Shown here: piece by piece, positions 45,815 to 50,963 of the stretch | Position numbering within the stretch: the stretch's first letter is position 1 | Layout of the letters: every line of letters begins with the position of its first letter | Source of the DNA: a virus | Lineage: Duplodnaviria; Caudoviricetes | IMG/VR virus record: IMGVR_UViG_3300025520_000101 | Span: 1 to 50,963 of that record | Strand: one strand, 5' to 3' | DNA length: 50,963 nucleotides | The notes under the pieces: model-generated | Told to the model about the DNA's origin: nothing | The model's database searches: none | The model's input: the letters and a program-made list of their open reading frames with translations, nothing else | Position numbers and translations under genes: made by a program

Positions 45815-46248
45815 TGGGAATCAACAAATTCAATCCTGAGGGTTACCATGATCCAACTCCTCATGAAGCACTGACCAACATAATGAGAAAGGAAAAGGCA
45901 GATAAAAAATCTGCCTTTAAGCCGCTTGTATATATTTGTTCTCCCTATTCCGGTGATATAGAAGGGAACGTTGAAAAGGCTCGTAGCTTTTGTAGATTTG
46001 CCTTGGAGCAAAATTGTATACCAATTGCTCCGCACCTTATGTTTCCGCAGTTTATGGATGATGAAAACCTAAATGAACGGGAACTTGCAATTTTCATGGA
46101 TATCGTGCTCATGGGAAAGTGCTCTGAGGTATGGGTGCTTGGGAACATCATCTCAAGCGGTATGACAAGGGAGATTGAAGTAGCTAAAAAACGCAGACAG
46201 ACGGTCAGATATTTTAATCCGGAGTATAAGGAGGTCGAAAGGCTATGA
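45814..46248 (+). CDS. DUF4406-like (nucleoside deoxyribosyltransferase fold) protein
   Basis: VYICSPYSGD, PIAPHL, CSEVWV, SSGMTREI. Confidence 0.8.
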   Translation: MGINKFNPEGYHDPTPHEALTNIMRKEKADKKSAFKPLVYICSPYSGDIEGNVEKARSFCRFALEQNCIPIAPHLMFPQFMDDENLNERELAIFMDIVLMGKCSEVWVLGNIISSGMTREIEVAKKRRQTVRYFNPEYKEVERL

Positions 46249-48611
46249 AAATCGCAGTGGGCAACAGCCGGATGGATAAAAAGTGGAAAAACAGTGATGT
46301 TTCATGGGAGGATTTTTGCTCCCGTGTAAAAACGACACAACGTACCACAGAAACGGTAGAGGAATATCGGAAACTTAAAAAAGGCCAACAGGATGACATC
46401 AAGGATGTAGGCGGCTTTGTCGGAGGGCATCTAAAAGAAGGAAGGCGAAAGAAGGGTAATGTTCTATGCCGCTCTTTGCTTACCCTTGATATGGACTACG
46501 GTAAGCCGGATATCTGGGAGCAAATATCAATGCTTTTCGATTTTAAATGCTGCGTCTACTCCACCCATAAACACACACCAGAAAATCCAAGACTTAGGCT
46601 TATTATTCCACTTGCTCGTGAAATCAGCGAAGAAGAATATGCAGCCGTTGGACGTATGGTGGCAAAAGAAATCGGTATTGACCTTTTCGATGACACGACA
46701 TATGAAGCGCATCGCCTTATGTATTGGCCATCCACATCCTCAAATGGTGAATTTGTCTATGAAGAACAGGATGGAGCATTACTTGATCCTGATATTTATC
46801 TTTCAAAATATGAAAACTGGCATGATACATCAACTTGGCCGGTATCAAGCAGACAGTCTGAAGTTATTAATCGCAGTCTTAAGGAGCAGGCAGACCCGCT
46901 TTTAAAGGAGGGTGTGGTAGGAACATTCTGTCGTACCTATTCCGTTTGTGAAGCAATTGAGAAATTCTTAGGTGCAGTATATACCCCATCTGCTATGGAA
47001 GGCCGCTATGACTATATCCCGGCTGACAGTAGTGCAGGTGTGATTATCTATGATGATAAGTTCGCATACAGTCACCATGCCACCGATCCGGCAAGCGGTC
47101 TACTCTTAAATGCTTTTGACCTTGTTCGCATTCATAAATTCGGTTCTTTAGATGATAAGGTCTCCACTACTACGGCTCCCGGCAGGATGCCGTCTTTTGT
47201 AGCAATGTGTGAGTTTGCCATAAAAGACGATGCAGTGAAAGCAGAGTTTGCCAAGGAAAGACAGGCTCAAGCTGAAGAGGAGTTTAGCGATGAAGATTGG
47301 CAGACGGGATTGGAACTGGATAAGCAAGGGCGAATAAAAGACACACTAGACAACATTGTCCTAATTATTCGGCATGATGGGAATTTACAACATATAGCTT
47401 TTAACTGCCACCGTGATGGTATTGATGCCAAAGGTGGTTTGCCTTGGGAACAGATTAAGGCTGGCTGGAATGATTCAGATAACGCATTACTTAAAGTGTA
47501 CTTAAGCAGTATGTATGGAGTTTATTCTCCTACTAAGACCAAGGATGCAGTGGTAGCTGTAGCTACGGAGAGAGCCTACCATCCTATTAAGGAGTATCTG
47601 AACTCCCTGCCAAAATGGGATGGTATTAATCGGGTGGAAAACCTGCTTATTGATTATTTCGGTGCAACGGATAATTCCTATACAAAAGCAGTCATTCGTA
47701 AAACTATGGTTGCAGCGGTAGCCCGTATTTATAGACCAGGTACAAAATTTGACAGTGTGCTTATCTTAAACGGACCCCAGGGCATCGGTAAGTCTACCTT
47801 TTTTGCCAAACTTGCTGGAGATTGGTTTTCGGACAGTTTGACCATTACGGATATGAAGGATAAAGCAGGTCCTGAAAAATTGCAGGGATATTGGATGTTG
47901 GAACTGGGTGAGCTTGCCGGAATGCGTAAGACCGATGTGGAGGTTGTTAAGTCTTTTATCTCTAGGACTGATGATAAGTACCGTGCAAGTTATGGAGTCA
48001 ATGTAGAAAGCCATCCCCGTCAATGTGTGATTGTGGGTTCTACAAATGCAGAAAGCGGATTTCTTCGGGATATTACGGGCAACCGCAGATTCTGGCCAGT
48101 CCGCATTAGTGGTAACAGTAAAAAGAAAGCTTGGCAGATGACAAAAGAGGAAGTTCAGCAGATCTGGGCAGAGACACTGGTGCTTTATGAGAATGGTGAA
48201 AAACTCTACCTTGAAGGTGATGATCTACATTTAGCAACCAGTGAACAGGCTGATGCAATGGAAACCGACGAACGAGAAGGACTGGTTCGTACCTATCTGG
48301 ATACCCTTTTGCCAGATGATTGGGATGCCATGTCTTTGTACGAGCGTAGAAATTTCCTTGGCGGTAGCGAGTTTGGTGGCGGCACCCGTGTTGGAACAGT
48401 AAAAAGAACCCTTGTTTGTAATATGGAGATTTGGTGTGAGTGTTTCGGTAAAGAGGCATCAATGCTAAAGCCTTCAGACTCCTATGCCATCGGTGCCATT
48501 ATGAGAAAAATCAGTGAGTGGAACAAGTACACCGGGAACAAGAATGGTGTAGTGACGTTTCCTGTCTACGGAAAGCAGCGAGCTTATTCCCGAAATGAGG
48601 AACAAAGCTAA
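46245..48611 (+). CDS. VapE family primase-helicase
   Basis: LDMD, YSTHKH, PRLRL; GPQGIGKST, ELGEL, RRFWP. Confidence 0.9.
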   Translation: MKIAVGNSRMDKKWKNSDVSWEDFCSRVKTTQRTTETVEEYRKLKKGQQDDIKDVGGFVGGHLKEGRRKKGNVLCRSLLTLDMDYGKPDIWEQISMLFDFKCCVYSTHKHTPENPRLRLIIPLAREISEEEYAAVGRMVAKEIGIDLFDDTTYEAHRLMYWPSTSSNGEFVYEEQDGALLDPDIYLSKYENWHDTSTWPVSSRQSEVINRSLKEQADPLLKEGVVGTFCRTYSVCEAIEKFLGAVYTPSAMEGRYDYIPADSSAGVIIYDDKFAYSHHATDPASGLLLNAFDLVRIHKFGSLDDKVSTTTAPGRMPSFVAMCEFAIKDDAVKAEFAKERQAQAEEEFSDEDWQTGLELDKQGRIKDTLDNIVLIIRHDGNLQHIAFNCHRDGIDAKGGLPWEQIKAGWNDSDNALLKVYLSSMYGVYSPTKTKDAVVAVATERAYHPIKEYLNSLPKWDGINRVENLLIDYFGATDNSYTKAVIRKTMVAAVARIYRPGTKFDSVLILNGPQGIGKSTFFAKLAGDWFSDSLTITDMKDKAGPEKLQGYWMLELGELAGMRKTDVEVVKSFISRTDDKYRASYGVNVESHPRQCVIVGSTNAESGFLRDITGNRRFWPVRISGNSKKKAWQMTKEEVQQIWAETLVLYENGEKLYLEGDDLHLATSEQADAMETDEREGLVRTYLDTLLPDDWDAMSLYERRNFLGGSEFGGGTRVGTVKRTLVCNMEIWCECFGKEASMLKPSDSYAIGAIMRKISEWNKYTGNKNGVVTFPVYGKQRAYSRNEEQS

Positions 48612-48805
48612 AGTTGTACCATACTTTGTTCCCAGACTTGTTCACTCGCAAATATAGATAAAGCAATAAAGAATGACGGTTTGGAACAAGTGGAACAAGA
48701 AATTACCTTTATATATAAAAGATGATAAAAAGAAGAGTGTAAGCCTGTGCATACGTATATACACGCGCGTATAGGAAAAATCGGTCAAAGTTGTTTTCTT
48801 GTTCC
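48520..48805. repeat. GGAACAA(G) direct and inverted repeats; putative replication origin
   Basis: Forward at 48520, 48535, 48599, 48683, 48692; inverted at 48626, 48637 (1 mismatch), 48798. Confidence 0.55.
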
Positions 48806-48828
48806 GAGCCTTTATATAGGAGGAATTT

Positions 48829-49110
48829 ATGCTTGAAAAAGTTATCGAAAAGAAACTGGTGGCGGCGGTAAAAAAGATGGGAGGTATTGCGGCGAAGTTT
48901 GTTAGTCCTGGTTTAGATGGAATGCCAGACCGCCTGGTACTTTTGCCAAATGGGAAGATGGCATTTGTGGAATTAAAGGCTCCCGGTAAGAAACCCCGTC
49001 CGCTACAGCTTAGAAGAATAAAGCAATTACAACAGTTAGGATTTGCCTGCTATGTAATTGACAATGATGATCAGATTGGAGGGATACTCGATGAAATACA
49101 ATCCTCATAA
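48829..49110 (+). CDS. VRR-NUC domain nuclease
   Basis: GMPDRL...FVELKAPG..PRPLQ. Confidence 0.9.
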   Translation: MLEKVIEKKLVAAVKKMGGIAAKFVSPGLDGMPDRLVLLPNGKMAFVELKAPGKKPRPLQLRRIKQLQQLGFACYVIDNDDQIGGILDEIQSS

Positions 49111-50452
49111 ATATCAGACCTACGCGACCAACTTCATTTTAGAGCATCCCATAGCTGCAATATTCTTGGAGATGGGTCTTGGGAAAAGCGTGATTACACT
49201 TACTGCTATATTTGACTTGTGCCTTGATAGTTTTGAAGTCGGAAAGGTTCTGGTCATTGCCCCACTCCGGGTAGCAAGGGATACTTGGCCAGCTGAGATA
49301 AATAAGTGGGAGCATCTAAAAGGACTGAAGTTTTCAGTGGTAATCGGTACAGAGCAAGAGCGTCTTTCAGCACTTAGGAAACCTGCAAGTGTCTATCTTA
49401 TAAATAGAGAAAATGTAGATTGGTTGGTAAACAAAAGCGATGTTCCCTTTACTTTCGATATGGTGGTCATTGATGAGCTGTCATCCTTTAAGTCCTACGG
49501 TGCAAAAAGGTTCAAAAGCTTACTAAAAGCCAGACCAAGGGCAAAACGTATTGTGGGTCTTACGGGTACACCATCAAGTAACGGTTTAATGGATTTGTGG
49601 GCAGAGTTTCGTATTCTCGACATGGGTAAAAGACTCGGCAGGTACATAACTCACTACCGCAATTCCTTCTTTACTCCGGATAAACGTAATCAGCAGATTG
49701 TGTTTTCATATAAACCGTTACCCGGGGCAGGGGACGCAATATATCGGCTCATTTCGGATATCACCATTTCCATGAAGTCAGTGGATTTTCTGAAAATGCC
49801 AGAATGCGTGATCAATGAAGTGCCTGTATATTTGAGTGAAAAAGAGCAGTCGGTGTATAACAACTTTCGTGAAGAGATGGTTCTTGCACTTGCTAGTGAA
49901 GAGATTGATGCCATGAATGCAGCAGTCCTTTCAGGCAAACTCCTACAGATGGCAAACGGTGCTATCTATGATGAAGATAAAAGTGCCCATTTCATTCATG
50001 ATCGAAAGCTGGATGCCCTTGAAGATTTAATTGAAGGTGCAAATGGCAAACCTGTGCTTATTGCCTATTGGTATAATCACGATTTAGAGCGTATCAAGGC
50101 GAAATTCAAAGTCCGTGAAATTAAGACTTCCAAGGATATTAAGGATTGGAATAATGGCGATATTTCTGTAGCAGTTATTCATCCTGCATCAGCAGGACAT
50201 GGTCTGAACTTACAAAGTGGTGGTTCAACTCTGATATGGTTTGGACTTACATGGAGTCTGGAACTGTATCAGCAAACCAATGCGAGACTTTGGAGGCAAG
50301 GCCAAAATGAAACGGTTGTAATCCATCACATCATTACCAAAGGCACTATTGATGAAGATGTTATGAACGCCTTGAAACGAAAGGAAAAGACACAGAACGA
50401 CCTAATCAATGCGGTCAAAGCAAATCTTGGGAAAGCGAGGGAGGCGGTATGA
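49091..50452 (+). CDS. SNF2-family helicase
   Basis: MGLGKS, IDELS, LTGTP, GHGLNLQ, QTNARLWRQGQ. Confidence 0.9.
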   Translation: MKYNPHKYQTYATNFILEHPIAAIFLEMGLGKSVITLTAIFDLCLDSFEVGKVLVIAPLRVARDTWPAEINKWEHLKGLKFSVVIGTEQERLSALRKPASVYLINRENVDWLVNKSDVPFTFDMVVIDELSSFKSYGAKRFKSLLKARPRAKRIVGLTGTPSSNGLMDLWAEFRILDMGKRLGRYITHYRNSFFTPDKRNQQIVFSYKPLPGAGDAIYRLISDITISMKSVDFLKMPECVINEVPVYLSEKEQSVYNNFREEMVLALASEEIDAMNAAVLSGKLLQMANGAIYDEDKSAHFIHDRKLDALEDLIEGANGKPVLIAYWYNHDLERIKAKFKVREIKTSKDIKDWNNGDISVAVIHPASAGHGLNLQSGGSTLIWFGLTWSLELYQQTNARLWRQGQNETVVIHHIITKGTIDEDVMNALKRKEKTQNDLINAVKANLGKAREAV

Positions 50453-50673
50453 TGGACGCATTTGAAAAATTGGCGAATGCCATTATTCTACAAGCAGTTA
50501 AGGATTACCGCTTTGCACTACAAAGATTGGTGAAATATCCTCGTAATGATTCTGCTTTATATACGAAACGTGAGGTTGAGCGATTCTTCCGTTCCAGACT
50601 TTTCTCTAACATAACCTCCCTTGAACCAGAAATGTTAATTCAAAAGCTACATGAGGAGGTGGTTAGGCGATGA
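50449..50673 (+). CDS. Conserved phage hypothetical protein
   Basis: LANAIILQAVKDY...EVERFFRS; operonic overlaps. Confidence 0.75.
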   Translation: MMDAFEKLANAIILQAVKDYRFALQRLVKYPRNDSALYTKREVERFFRSRLFSNITSLEPEMLIQKLHEEVVRR

Positions 50674-50722
50674 CGGCAAAGGAATTCTTAAAGCAGGCTT
50701 ACCGTCTAAATGAATTGATAAA
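50670..50722 (+). pseudogene. 5' stub of a DUF1492/ArpU-like regulator interrupted by IS21
   Basis: MTAKEFLKQAYRLNELI, then an abrupt switch to AT-rich IS sequence. Confidence 0.65.
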
Positions 50723-50963
50723 TGTAAATTATATAATTAAATTAGCCAAAAATTCTAATCTCAAAATACACAGATTTGTACATTTTCTATTGTATAATAT
50801 TTTCAAAAAAACGATAGGGGAAATATTATGCGTAGGGATGTGGCTAATCAAATAAATTTATTGAGAGAGGAGTTTGGGTTGTTGAACAAGAGTGAACTAG
50901 CTAGAAGATTTAACTGTGATAGAAGAACTGTAGATAGATACATTTCTAATTTAGGAAATGATA
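50723..50963 (+). mobile_element. IS21-family element, left end (partial)
   Basis: Begins TGTAAATT; istA-like ORF starts about 105 bp inside. Confidence 0.7.
50828..50963 (+). CDS. istA: IS21 transposase IstA, N-terminus (partial)
   Basis: MRRDVANQINLLREEFGLLNKSELARRFNCDRRTVDRYI. Confidence 0.75.
   Translation, partial: MRRDVANQINLLREEFGLLNKSELARRFNCDRRTVDRYISNLGND

Larger units (their letters stand above)
31146..50963. mobile_element. Prophage-like element at rlmD/rumA, left part (defence cargo, switch, replication)
   Basis: DUF2800-DUF2815-PolA-antirepressor-DUF4406-VapE-VRR-NUC-SNF2 order as in rumA-integrated Firmicute prophage-like elements; structural genes not in window. Confidence 0.75.

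Noticed and set aside
60-49938. Many short antisense or off-frame ORFs in the track (e.g. 760-1035, 16954-17292, 30571-30906, 38379-38771, 46459-46905)
   Set aside because: They shadow well-supported genes and show no recognisable motifs.
1-50963. tRNA, rRNA, relaxase or T4SS genes
   Set aside because: None recognisable by eye in this window.

Overview
AT-rich DNA, probably from a clostridial or related Firmicute, made entirely of mobile DNA: two elements in tandem at the 3' end of rlmD/rumA (displaced tail HVECVVLMSRVEK* at 31146-31187). LEFT (1 to ~31145): right part of a large conjugative-type element (ICE or integrated plasmid; no tra genes in the window). It holds the end of a very large putative surface protein and a leading-region-like operon of small genes (SprT-like zincin, RadC/JAB). 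It also carries an Mrr-like nuclease, a putative theta replicon (rep, antisense/attenuator leader, phased iterons), a BcgI-like Type IIB RM pair, a solo IS200-type TnpA, a frameshifted tyrosine recombinase, and a leftward operon headed by two RHH-like genes and a YneA-like LysM gene. It ends with a sigma-like gene, a long non-coding leader and a large serine recombinase. RIGHT (31146 to end): prophage-like element with a defence operon (ABC-three-component/Lamassu-like plus Type III RM), an XRE/sigma-like switch and a PolA-VapE-VRR-NUC-SNF2 replication module, interrupted at the window edge by an IS21. The most striking unexplained structure is non-coding and confined to the left element: (i) five intergenic units bounded by TGTAACTC...GAGT(T/C)ACA, four of them exactly 65 bp, all oriented with local transcription; (ii) a dispersed 11-mer GGWTATTGAAA, 13 copies counted by eye. 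All calls come from motif recognition by eye; no searches were run.
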